A stretch of DNA of 38,836 nt from a virus (lineage: Duplodnaviria; Caudoviricetes): the IMG/VR virus record IMGVR_UViG_3300033994_001125, positions 1 to 38,836 of that record, one strand, 5' to 3'. The notes below the pieces were generated by a model. It did no database searches. It saw only the letters and a list, made by a program, of their open reading frames with translations, and had not been told where the DNA came from. The position numbers and the translations under genes were made by a program. Below are positions 21,101 through 31,618 of the stretch, piece after piece (positions within the stretch are counted from its first letter, which is position 1; the number at the start of each line of letters is the position of its first letter).

Positions 21101-21953
21101 CATTATATCCAGTTTTAGCAGTTCCGAATCCTGTCCACATATATCCTTCCTTTTTATCCGGATTTTGTGGATTATCGCCAGGTGATGTTCCTGGACTTGA
21201 ATTTGGAGGTAAAGAAACACCACCAACAACAAAAATAAGTGGTGCATTTTTATTTTTTGTGGATGACTTAAATGTTCCATATTTTCCTTTTTTTACAACT
21301 CTCGGTGCAATAGGTGTTGTATCATCGGTGCCCCCACCAGCACCTCCAGTAGATCCAGCACCTCCAGTAGATCCAGCACCTCCAGTAGCACCGGATCCAC
21401 TAGTATCTCCTTTTTCAATACAAGGTTCAACAACTTCTACTTTTTTATTTTCTTGTGGATTTGGATTATTTTTATCATATTTTTCACCCGTACTTCCATC
21501 AGCAGAACCATCATTCAAAAGTGTTTGGTTCCTTGCCTCTTCTTCTTTTCTTTGAATATAATCATTTGCACTATATGTAACACCATCTATAATAATACTA
21601 TCATCTGATCCAGTTTCCGTTCCTTGTGTGTATACCGTATATGTAACGCCATTTACAGTTACATTTTTTGTTTCTGGAATTTCATTGTTATTACCAGTTC
21701 CGCCAGTAGCACCAGTTCCACCAGTAGTACCAGTTCCACCAGTAGTACCAGTTCCACCAGTAGTACCGGTAACTCCAGAAGTACCACCTGTTGATGCTCT
21801 TGGTGATGTTCTGTCTGAATTATCATAGGCTGATGTATCGTATAATATGTTTGCAACTTCTTCATCTGTTGGTGTATATTCTACTAATACCAAACGAGAA
21901 CCTGAATTAACGGTGTTTGCTGGGACTTCTTGTATAACATCATATACTAACAT
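18198..21953 (-). CDS. Multidomain virion-associated hydrolase: alpha/beta-hydrolase-like, degenerate CHAP-like and C-terminal peptidase M15-like domains (1251 aa)
   Basis: SKHSAGLAND...GLGWGGSW...HHLEV (M15 Zn motif SxHxxGxAxD, WGGxW, H); PLIFVVGG...VIYSAG; RWDGYFTKHC...ITIGGQ; Gly/Thr linkers. Confidence 0.65.
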   Translation of the reverse strand: MLVYDVIQEVPANTVNSGSRLVLVEYTPTDEEVANILYDTSAYDNSDRTSPRASTGGTSGVTGTTGGTGTTGGTGTTGGTGATGGTGNNNEIPETKNVTVNGVTYTVYTQGTETGSDDSIIIDGVTYSANDYIQRKEEEARNQTLLNDGSADGSTGEKYDKNNPNPQENKKVEVVEPCIEKGDTSGSGATGGAGSTGGAGSTGGAGGGTDDTTPIAPRVVKKGKYGTFKSSTKNKNAPLIFVVGGVSLPPNSSPGTSPGDNPQNPDKKEGYMWTGFGTAKTGYNDLQDFNIYNCMTSQTSKSGWSECEKILNEQKIKPSKYILVIYSAGVAGGHSGVLTVKTADKWDQIHISGPPLGDFGVDEKKFNSYLKTIEKAGKDKVYYWCVGTGNKEGAARTDWKKKIIDSLPASNVNTQVDNHYQQIEDVSQGIKKLVSVEQGTKAEVIVTEPVKTQPICDDLTKLDAKKKANEGPQGGAENVTEQRETSDGQQKEADPKAPNKNVEPVYSGKLNHRFYQYPIENNTKPATLQEMLDPKKPWYKRYWAWRSSDSPGYGLPENESLLSAPDGTPLVTSLIPYWPPPENDGIPDTSKQLFKPKPTVSGEWKNLSSAYKKITSVFDIPIILNSPDVGLFNSKIGYLFEQGNELHMTIPSSQIIHNRGKGVGIGIAKNTNIENKPDANWGAWSRWDGYFTKHCLDINGFNTHPDIENVNKYHENLIKAGKLANYPGNKQWKPDEMLAELSQNSVIKPSKLWFNHLNEEELLKDKADCAIFVVDYHINKNGSLTEAGKKLVSHILNKLKWKMATISTVSYHNMTDNIFRVDVLPYMDSSGNLITIGGQINSNKPDPSMAQNATISVKKQSLYDIAKINGDSWVNGAIFITNMKKLPKSDFREGENLESKLYESEILTSYKERIGKTNEQLNSILYDIVKDILAVEPDPPPQPDPVVTGNQSKDAADGNLPFTLRGGNAYKKCQPCTSNDIGGAATSVFTGQGIYTIGGSFPDTGAEAGIWDPVGDQLKDFMRGSGQAELSGAEIISGGGMTTAWRGTYTMGPTRACGSKHSAGLANDYRFKISKLFPKAATGAGTGENPNLLKSSTFMKIMNSFASSKGLGWGGSWGNQTAALATQPWGIDLTGIKDAKGKVIATDSSEVHHLEVKGADTKRFFAPYRNSLKTKYNKDYTTLQNPKDIVEIYEYGLGPEANYLAWTQGFSQFRSGCRRPKTNQNWNGKYGSSDKSVGTGTDKTNSKNCNI
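21337..21390. repeat. 18-bp tandem repeat x3 encoding GGAGST
   Basis: ccagcacctccagtagat x2 plus ccagcacctccagtagca. Confidence 0.9.
21693..21768. repeat. 18-bp tandem repeat x4 encoding GGTG(T/A)T
   Basis: ccagttccgccagtagca followed by ccagttccaccagtagta x3. Confidence 0.9.
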
Positions 21954-21971
21954 AGTTATCTCTTATACTCA

Positions 21972-23792
21972 TTAAATAAAAACATTTTTAGCTCTTGTTT
22001 TTTCTTTTATTAAATTAACATCCAATTTTGTATCGGAGAATTGTTCGCTTAACAATATATCGCCTTTAACTATTAAACTTCCTCCGCCAAATAAATCTTG
22101 ACTATCACCTATTTTATTTCTTCTACAATCAAGATTACCCCATATTTCTGGACCATTTTTAAAAGATTCTATAAAATTATCTGTACATATCATATCACCC
22201 AAAATTGATGTTGGTGATCCTGTAAAACCGTCTTCGTCTAAAAGGTTTTTATTACAAATAAAATTACCAGTAACAGATTTTGGAGATCCTTCCAAAGAAG
22301 TTAATTTATTATTAGAACAATTAAATGTTCCATTACAACTTTCTGGAGAATTTGTAAGTGATGTTATAGTATTGTTACTAATGTCTATTGATCCACCAAC
22401 TGATTTTGGAAAATTTTCCAATGTAGTTAATTTATTATCCGAAACACTAAAATTGCCAGTTATTATACTTGGCATATTTTTTAAACTTGTAAGTCCATTT
22501 TTATTTATTATCACATTTCCATTTACCTTTCTAAATTTTATAGGAAATTCTGTTACAGCAAATGAGTTAAAAAATCCATCTTGAATTATTAAATCACCAT
22601 TGTAATCCCATTCATTAGTAGATTCTATTTTTAAGCACAATGCCAAATCAAGACCAATAATATTTATCGGAAGGCTTTCAACATCAGTCGGTGGTTGATC
22701 AACATTTAGGTGTAAAACATGAGTATCTGCTGTTGTATCAAGTTCATTTTCTTCACCATTGTAAAAATCGTCTTCTATTTCAGAATCTAAATCTGGTGCA
22801 GTATTTATTATATCACTAACAGCATCGCTACTTACACCTGCTTGTTTAGAATATTCTTCCAAATATTCAGGATTATCACTTGAAATAGCTCTGAGTTGAA
22901 CTGAATGATTAACTAAGTCAGACTTTAATGCCTTTTCTTGTTTTTCCAATTCAATAAATTTTTTTATTTTTTTTATGTCTTCTGACATTTTTTTTACAGA
23001 ATCCTCACTATTACCGTAACCCAGTGCAATAGCAGAAATTTTTTGAACACGATAATCTATTCTATCAAAATCATTTAAAAATTTTGTTGAATTTTTTTCT
23101 TCATCGTTTGCAGGATTTTTTTGTATACTATCTGGTTCAAAAAAAACTTCAAAGGATGTTTTTAAGGTTAATGCAAAATTTTCACCTTCTTTTTGGTCTG
23201 ATTCTTGTTTTGAATATAATTTTGTTGAACAAAAAACTACACCATCTAATAATTTTACATCTATACCATTGTCAGCTGCTAATTTTTCTTTGAAAACATC
23301 ATCTAGTATCTTGTATATTTCCATATTCTTAATATCAGAAACAGTTTTTATTTCTATCGAAGACTTAAATAAATTACCTAAATCTGGCATAGATAATCCA
23401 AATGTTTCGGATAACATTTTTTTAACAATATCTGATTGAGCTACTTTAAATAAATTTCCAATTTCTAATTGTTTCAATAGATATTTTTTAATTGCATTTT
23501 TATCACCACTTAATATACCACTACTTGCAATTTCACCTGTGATATTTATGATGGATTTAAAATCAACTGGATTTATTCCGAAAGATTTAGATAATACTTG
23601 TAAATTTGATGTTGATAAATTTTTCAAGTTTGAAACATCACCAATATTTTTTAAAAGACTTCCTTTTAAATTCTCTATATTACCAACGGAAAGACTATCA
23701 AGTGCAGATGGTTTTGCAACATCATTCTTTAATTGATCTGTTGTTTTACCGCTGTATTTTGACAATAAATTTTTTGAAGCATCATCACTCAT
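21972..23792 (-). CDS. Protein with C-terminal 22-residue LRR-like repeats (606 aa)
   Basis: Repeats such as GNFSVSDNKLTTLENFPKSV / GTFNCSNNKLTSLEGSPKSV; helical N-terminus and acidic linker. Confidence 0.75.
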   Translation of the reverse strand: MSDDASKNLLSKYSGKTTDQLKNDVAKPSALDSLSVGNIENLKGSLLKNIGDVSNLKNLSTSNLQVLSKSFGINPVDFKSIINITGEIASSGILSGDKNAIKKYLLKQLEIGNLFKVAQSDIVKKMLSETFGLSMPDLGNLFKSSIEIKTVSDIKNMEIYKILDDVFKEKLAADNGIDVKLLDGVVFCSTKLYSKQESDQKEGENFALTLKTSFEVFFEPDSIQKNPANDEEKNSTKFLNDFDRIDYRVQKISAIALGYGNSEDSVKKMSEDIKKIKKFIELEKQEKALKSDLVNHSVQLRAISSDNPEYLEEYSKQAGVSSDAVSDIINTAPDLDSEIEDDFYNGEENELDTTADTHVLHLNVDQPPTDVESLPINIIGLDLALCLKIESTNEWDYNGDLIIQDGFFNSFAVTEFPIKFRKVNGNVIINKNGLTSLKNMPSIITGNFSVSDNKLTTLENFPKSVGGSIDISNNTITSLTNSPESCNGTFNCSNNKLTSLEGSPKSVTGNFICNKNLLDEDGFTGSPTSILGDMICTDNFIESFKNGPEIWGNLDCRRNKIGDSQDLFGGGSLIVKGDILLSEQFSDTKLDVNLIKEKTRAKNVFI

Positions 23793-23810
23793 TTAAAATC
23801 TCCATAAAAA

Positions 23811-26075
<2,265 letters not shown>

Positions 26076-26422
26076 TGTTATTATCCTCTTGTTCTTCTTG
26101 AATTTCCTGAATACCTTTTAATAAGGCTTCTTTTTCTTCATCAGTCAAGAACGAAGAGGTTTCTTCACCCTTATTACTCATAGCACGCTGTATAACCGCT
26201 GCCAATTTAACTAAATGCTCATCATTCTTAACTGACACTTCTATAAAATCTTTGATTGCTGGAACTAATATAGCAGCATCACTTATGTTATTCAACATAG
26301 GTTTCAAATCTGCTATTAAAAGGTTTATTTGACGGTCTTTTTTCTTCTGATTATCGTAAATATCTTTCAATAAATCAGAGAATTTTTTACTACCGAATAT
26401 TTCATCATCAAAGTTCATGTCT

Positions 26423-26430
26423 ATAAATAT
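26423..26430 (-). promoter_or_regulatory. Candidate late promoter ATATTTAT
   Basis: Heads the spike/baseplate gene run. Confidence 0.5.
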
Positions 26431-26460
26431 GTTTATTGTTAAAATACAGATATTATTAGT

Positions 26461-27195
26461 TTAATTTTCAATAATATCTTCTAATTGATACCAAGTTAAA
26501 TTTTCTATATTATGACCATTTCTATAATGTTTGTATAGTTTTGAGTATATGAATTTAATCTTAGTTATTACATTAGTTATGTATTGTGAACTTATACCAG
26601 TTCTTTCTCTAATCAATATGTATATTGCCTTTTTATTGTAATTTTCTATGTTTTCTCTTGTCTTAAATAGATACAATATGGTATCTGCCACTTGTATATC
26701 TCTTTTCTTTGAAAATAATAATGGTAGATATTTTTCAACAACAACTACGAATAAGTCTATAAAATCCCTTCTCTCCTCAATCAAATCCATTCTAACTTTT
26801 TCATTTACAATATTTCTTTCCATATCTATTGCGTCAATATCTTGACTACGCTTGAAATGATAGTAGTTTTTATTATTTTCAGCAATCAGATAATTTTTAG
26901 CAACGATTGAAAAATAAGAGAATGCTTTACCATTTTCTTCTTTGTATTTATGAATTTTTTCGTGGAGAAAAGCAACAACTTCATGTTTAACATCTTCGTG
27001 TGAAACATCAAAATTGTAAAACTTAAATCTATGAATCATTATTTCTGCAAGTTTGTAGAATGCAGGATGAATTTTTTTAGTGTATATGATATTTCTTTGT
27101 ATATCGTCATCACTTGTATTGTATTGAACAATAGCATCTTCTGTTTCTTGTGTAAAGTAAACATTAGGTTTTTTAGGACTTCGTTTCTGTTTCAT
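26461..27195 (-). CDS. Phage RNA polymerase sigma factor, T4 gp55-like (late transcription)
   Basis: YFTQETEDAI, DVKHEVVAFLHEKIHKY...GKAFSYFSIVAKNYLI (sigma region 2 pattern, cf. gp55-family AFAYFT). Confidence 0.7.
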   Translation of the reverse strand: MKQKRSPKKPNVYFTQETEDAIVQYNTSDDDIQRNIIYTKKIHPAFYKLAEIMIHRFKFYNFDVSHEDVKHEVVAFLHEKIHKYKEENGKAFSYFSIVAKNYLIAENNKNYYHFKRSQDIDAIDMERNIVNEKVRMDLIEERRDFIDLFVVVVEKYLPLLFSKKRDIQVADTILYLFKTRENIENYNKKAIYILIRERTGISSQYITNVITKIKFIYSKLYKHYRNGHNIENLTWYQLEDIIEN

Positions 27196-27560
27196 AAATA
27201 ATAGTCCTTTTCAAATGTTGCATCAAATTTTGGTCTTTCGAGAATACTCTTCTTTTCATCGTCTATTGGATTTTCACCAAAGTAAACTGCAATATCATTC
27301 ATAATATCTTTCATTTCTTTGAAGAAATATCCTGTTTCATCGTCTGACTCAAATGAACCAATCCTATCTAATTGTCTTAAATATGATTGTTGTGACCGTA
27401 CTCTATTTCTTAATTCGGTTAAAAACTTTTCATTTTCTAATAGTGTATCAACACTTTCTTGTGCCATTTGGTCCAACTGTTCAAACTTTCTTGTTAAATT
27501 AACATTAACAAAAATAGATATACCCAAACATATTGATAATAAAATTATTGTTAATACCAT
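27192..27560 (-). CDS. Membrane-anchored hypothetical protein (122 aa)
   Basis: N-terminal hydrophobic helix, then coiled coil and GSFESDDETGYFF; 4-nt overlap with sigma gene. Confidence 0.7.
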   Translation of the reverse strand: MVLTIILLSICLGISIFVNVNLTRKFEQLDQMAQESVDTLLENEKFLTELRNRVRSQQSYLRQLDRIGSFESDDETGYFFKEMKDIMNDIAVYFGENPIDDEKKSILERPKFDATFEKDYYL

Positions 27561-27561
27561 A

Positions 27562-28221
27562 TCAACCTCTCTTGTGTTTTGGAGGAATTATTGCATCTAT
27601 AACTCCAAGATTCAATGCATCGGTTGGTGTGATATAATAGTCTTTTATTGTAACATTTTTCCAAAACTCTATGTCTTTGTTTGAATTTGATTTCAATATT
27701 TCTAAAAGTATTTCTTCCAATTTTTCCATGTGTTGAACATTCGCCTTCATGTCCGATGATTTACCGTAAATATCTGAACTAATTTCATGGAACATTATTG
27801 TTGAGAATTGAGAAGCTGCACGAATACCAGTTCCTGCACAAAGAATTAGAGCAGCAGCAGACATTGCTCTGCCTCTACAAATAGTATTTACCTTAACATC
27901 AAGACTTTGAATATAGTCAATAATACCAAGTGCTTCATATACAGAACCACCATCTGAATTTATGATAAGGTTAATTGGATCATTTTTATGATCATCCTTT
28001 CTCATGTGTAGTATTGCACGAATACGAGTAATAATATCATACAAGGAACCATCCATTATCTCACCGAATAACAAAACGGAAGATGCTTGAACATCAATTC
28101 CATAATCCATCTGTGTAGTTGCTTCTTTCCATCTAACAGGAATATCACTTTCACTTTCTTTTGATTTATTGTTTACTACCTTTTCTTCGGTAACATCATC
28201 ACCATCGTAAAATTCGTTCAT
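27562..28221 (-). CDS. clpP: ClpP-family (S14) protease
   Basis: INLIINSDGGSV, GRAMSAAALIL (Ser), IMFHE (His), KDYYITPTDALNLGVID (Asp); AAGGAG upstream. Confidence 0.9.
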   Translation of the reverse strand: MNEFYDGDDVTEEKVVNNKSKESESDIPVRWKEATTQMDYGIDVQASSVLLFGEIMDGSLYDIITRIRAILHMRKDDHKNDPINLIINSDGGSVYEALGIIDYIQSLDVKVNTICRGRAMSAAALILCAGTGIRAASQFSTIMFHEISSDIYGKSSDMKANVQHMEKLEEILLEILKSNSNKDIEFWKNVTIKDYYITPTDALNLGVIDAIIPPKHKRG

Positions 28222-28256
28222 ATCGGAACTCCTTGTTAAAATATAATAATGGCATA

Positions 28257-29345
28257 TTACAAAGATATACCTCGTCTATATCCCAAATCGGGTTTAGGTT
28301 GTTCTTCGTAAAATGCCCTTTGAATTTCTTCTTCATCAAATATAACATTTTCTTCCGTAACTGCCAAAGGTTTTTTTTCTTTTTTATTTTTTTGTTTTTT
28401 ATTTATCGTAACTGCATCAGTTATTTGTGTTTCTACCGTTGATTTTATTTCTTGGGGTGGTATCGAAACTTCTATAACATCTTCCGTAATTTCTTCTTTT
28501 TTAGATGGTGGTGGAGAATTATCATCTTCTGGTGGAATTTGTTTTTCTAATTCCTTGTGTCTCAAATGATTTGCTGCAATAACCAAACTAACTGCAAGTG
28601 GATCAAATACTGAAACTAATACTAATATGAACCAGTTTACAATGATGTCCATAGGAGCACCTGTCAATCTACTCAAATAAAGTAATGGTCCTATTTCAGA
28701 TGTAAATGTTGAATTTTCAAGAACTAATTTTTCTTGTTCTAATTTAGCAACACTATCAGATAAACCAATAGATTTTTGATTTAGTTCCGATATTTCTTTG
28801 TTTAATGTTTGAGTTGAATTGTCAACAGATTGGATATTTTTTTGTAGACCCTTTGTACCCTTCTTCTGTGTTAATTGATTATTCAGAGAATTTTCTTGTG
28901 ATAATCTTAATTGATCATAAGATGATATTCTCTCTCCCTTTTGTTTTACAAGAGTATCTATTTGTGATTTTTGTTCAAGGAAGATTTCTTTCTTTTTATC
29001 AATCAACACAATCTTATTTTGTGTTTCGTATATTTCTTTTGCGGTTTCTTGATAAGAATTGGTAAGATACCCATAAACACCAACCGATGTTAATATCATA
29101 AGAATAACAGCGGAAGACATTAGATATACTTTAAAAGCGGTTTTGAGAGTTTTATAGTGGTCATGTAGGAATGTGATAACCACTAATTTTGAAAATTCTA
29201 ACATTCCGGCCATCCCCACGATTGACCAAGAACCACCAGAAAATAATTTAGATATACCGTAAACAGAGTAGTAACCTGAAAATACTGCTAATCCGATAGC
29301 ACAAAACCAGATTAGATTTTTCAGAGAGAATAATTTGTATGACAT
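28257..29345 (-). CDS. Multi-pass membrane protein with long coiled coil (362 aa)
   Basis: Three N-terminal TM segments (LEFSKLV, LTSVGVYGYL), coiled coil, EIGPLLYLS and C-terminal TM VFDPLAV. Confidence 0.75.
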   Translation of the reverse strand: MSYKLFSLKNLIWFCAIGLAVFSGYYSVYGISKLFSGGSWSIVGMAGMLEFSKLVVITFLHDHYKTLKTAFKVYLMSSAVILMILTSVGVYGYLTNSYQETAKEIYETQNKIVLIDKKKEIFLEQKSQIDTLVKQKGERISSYDQLRLSQENSLNNQLTQKKGTKGLQKNIQSVDNSTQTLNKEISELNQKSIGLSDSVAKLEQEKLVLENSTFTSEIGPLLYLSRLTGAPMDIIVNWFILVLVSVFDPLAVSLVIAANHLRHKELEKQIPPEDDNSPPPSKKEEITEDVIEVSIPPQEIKSTVETQITDAVTINKKQKNKKEKKPLAVTEENVIFDEEEIQRAFYEEQPKPDLGYRRGISL

Positions 29346-29349
29346 TTAT

Positions 29350-29400
29350 ATCCCAATCATTGTTCATAAATACATACAGATAAATATGAACTTTTGGGAT
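29350..29400 (-). promoter_or_regulatory. Candidate late promoter ATATTTAT (29380-29387) inside an RBS-occluding hairpin
   Basis: ATCCCAA/TTGGGAT and GTTCATA/TATGAAC nested inverted repeats. Confidence 0.5.
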
Positions 29401-29407
29401 TTTGGGG

Positions 29408-30313
29408 TTAAATACCGTATTCTGTAAGGTATTGTTTGAGGGCTAATTCTTTTGCTTTACATTCTAACATAATATCAACATCATGTCCGTATGTGTTGAT
29501 TTTTTCTAATATGTAATCAGCGTGTGATTGAGGTTTTTCTTTGGGATTATTTGTTTCTTTCAGTCTTGATGAAGAATAATGAACGGCAGGTGTAATACCG
29601 TCTGACCATGTTGAAATTGCAAGTTCAAGTGCTTGTTGTTCAGATAAATCTCCGGTACAAAATTGGTGGTGATGATAGTCAAAGACGATAGGAATACCAA
29701 CACATTCATGTACTTTAATGAGGTCTTTTACAGAGTACATACTTGCCTTGTCATCATTCTCGATAGTCAAACGAGATTTTACACTATCAGATAGAAGTTG
29801 GAAGTTTTGACACCAACGATTAAGAGAAGCGATTTTGTCACCATAAACACCGTTACAATGTATATTGATTTTGTTGTAAGGGGTATGAGACAAACCCATC
29901 ATATCAAATACTTTACCATGTAATTCTAAATCAACGATTGTATTCTTAACAACATTAGGATTGGGTGAACATAGAACATTGAAGGGTCCAGGATGACAAG
30001 TCAGACGGACACCGTGTTCGTTTGCATAATCACCAATTCGTTTGAGAACAATTTTAATTTTGTCAATATCTGGTAGTGTTTCCAAGTCATATTCGGAACC
30101 CCAAGGAAATACATTAGACGATGTGCGGAAGAAGTAAATACCAGTTTGGACATTCCACTTGATAATTCGTTCCATATCAACAACATTCAGATATGCAAGT
30201 TCAGAACAATAGTCCAAACCTTTTTGTAGAAATGTTTTTTTAATCATGGAACGGTTAGTAGTGATTTTATCTTTTGATAAAGTCATGTTAATACAGGCAT
30301 ATCCGAGTTTCAT
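29408..30313 (-). CDS. uvsE: UV damage repair endonuclease UvdE/UvsE
   Basis: LGYACIN, FFRTSS, RLTCHPGPFNVL, INIHCNGVYGDK, RLTIENDDK, PIVFDYHHH, HADY, DIMLECKAKE. Confidence 0.93.
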   Translation of the reverse strand: MKLGYACINMTLSKDKITTNRSMIKKTFLQKGLDYCSELAYLNVVDMERIIKWNVQTGIYFFRTSSNVFPWGSEYDLETLPDIDKIKIVLKRIGDYANEHGVRLTCHPGPFNVLCSPNPNVVKNTIVDLELHGKVFDMMGLSHTPYNKINIHCNGVYGDKIASLNRWCQNFQLLSDSVKSRLTIENDDKASMYSVKDLIKVHECVGIPIVFDYHHHQFCTGDLSEQQALELAISTWSDGITPAVHYSSSRLKETNNPKEKPQSHADYILEKINTYGHDVDIMLECKAKELALKQYLTEYGI

Positions 30314-30344
30314 AGGTTGGCGTTAATGTTTAATGAATAATATA

Positions 30345-30377
30345 CCAATATACAAAATTTATGAATGTGATCAAAGC
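30345..30377 (-). promoter_or_regulatory. Bacteroidota-type sigmaA promoter for uvsE
   Basis: GCTTTG-N19-TATATTGG; same GCTTTGATC head as the plus-strand repeats. Confidence 0.7.
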
Positions 30378-30382
30378 AAAAT

Positions 30383-30408
30383 AAAAAACCCCTACAATTT
30401 GTAGGGGT
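30383..30408 (-). terminator. Intrinsic terminator
   Basis: ACCCCTACA-aat-TGTAGGGGT followed by a T run on the minus strand. Confidence 0.8.
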
Positions 30409-30443
30409 CATTAGGGGTTTACCCTTTCCATTCCGAACATGGA

Positions 30444-30974
30444 TTAAGGTTTAACTCTATCACATGGAACTTTACCAGTTGCCTTCCAAAGATTCCAAAG
30501 TGTGAGTTGGTCTTTTCTTAATAAAGTCTCGATGTAAGTATGTGTATTTTTTACACATTCTGCCATTTTTAATTTATATTCTTTTTCCAAATCTCTTTGT
30601 GTTTGACGAAATTCAAAAGTAATTATTTCAATTTCTTTTTTTATTTCATCTGTTTTTTCAACACCGCGATATTTTTGTAATTTAGATTGATAATCTTCAC
30701 GAAGTATTTTAATTGATTCTTGAAATTCTTTTTTACATTCAATTTCACAAACCTTTGATTCTTTGAGAATCAATCTTATTACACTATCTTGTTCTCGTGT
30801 CAATCCCAAACATGGCAATACTTGTTCAATAGGAATGCGTCTTTTTACAGTATCTTTTTGAACAGGTGTTCTCTTTTCAAAAATTGTTGTATCTGATGTT
30901 GGTAATGGATTTTCATTACATCCAATTACTACCATCGATACACTTGCAATTACTAACAATAAAAACTTTTTCAT
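30444..30974 (-). CDS. Lipoprotein, helical (176 aa)
   Basis: MKK + hydrophobic stretch + VIGC lipobox. Confidence 0.7.
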   Translation of the reverse strand: MKKFLLLVIASVSMVVIGCNENPLPTSDTTIFEKRTPVQKDTVKRRIPIEQVLPCLGLTREQDSVIRLILKESKVCEIECKKEFQESIKILREDYQSKLQKYRGVEKTDEIKKEIEIITFEFRQTQRDLEKEYKLKMAECVKNTHTYIETLLRKDQLTLWNLWKATGKVPCDRVKP

Positions 30975-30986
30975 AAAAACTCCAAA

Positions 30987-31607
30987 TTAAAAATCTTGTG
31001 TTGGGTTATAGTCTGAATCACCTTCATAAGTACCACTTACTATCAATCTTATTGATAATCCCATTGACTTTGGTGTATCTAATTTTATAGCATTTTTATT
31101 AGACCAATACAATCTAACAGATTTAGCAGTAGTTAAACTTGATGTAGTGGCTGACCAATAATTTGCACTCCAACCATAATCAAATTGTTCACCATTCTCT
31201 TTAATATATCCACCTGGATTACCTGTGAATTGACTTTGATTTGTACCATTTCCTGGTGTTCTATTTAATGTCAACCAGTTTTTAGTATTTTTCATGGAAT
31301 GACCACCTAACTTTTCACCACCAGCGTATGCAATTAGTGAATTCCAATCAGTTTCGGTAGGTACTCTATATCCAGTTGGTGCAATACTTTTGGATGAAGA
31401 TACTACATAATAATTGTATAGTTTACCATATTCTTCTTCATTGCTTTCATCAAAATTGTAATAACACCATCCTGGTGTTCCAGACTGTCCATATTCTTCC
31501 CATTGTTCAGAAGAAGATATTTCTGCAATAGGTGTTCCGTCTTGAAATGATTCTGCGGCTAAATTTTCTTTTACCCAATATTGTGAACCGATTTGAACAA
31601 TAGCCAT
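30987..31607 (-). CDS. FISUMP / Fibrobacter succinogenes major-paralog domain protein
   Basis: VQIGSQYWVKENL, YGKLYNY, PTGYRVPTETDWNSL, YWSAT, GLSIRL; AGGAG upstream. Confidence 0.85.
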   Translation of the reverse strand: MAIVQIGSQYWVKENLAAESFQDGTPIAEISSSEQWEEYGQSGTPGWCYYNFDESNEEEYGKLYNYYVVSSSKSIAPTGYRVPTETDWNSLIAYAGGEKLGGHSMKNTKNWLTLNRTPGNGTNQSQFTGNPGGYIKENGEQFDYGWSANYWSATTSSLTTAKSVRLYWSNKNAIKLDTPKSMGLSIRLIVSGTYEGDSDYNPTQDF

Positions 31608-31618
31608 TAAATTCTCCT

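Noticed and set aside
30987-31607. Diversity-generating retroelement
   Set aside because: No reverse transcriptase and no second copy of the 3' region visible in this window
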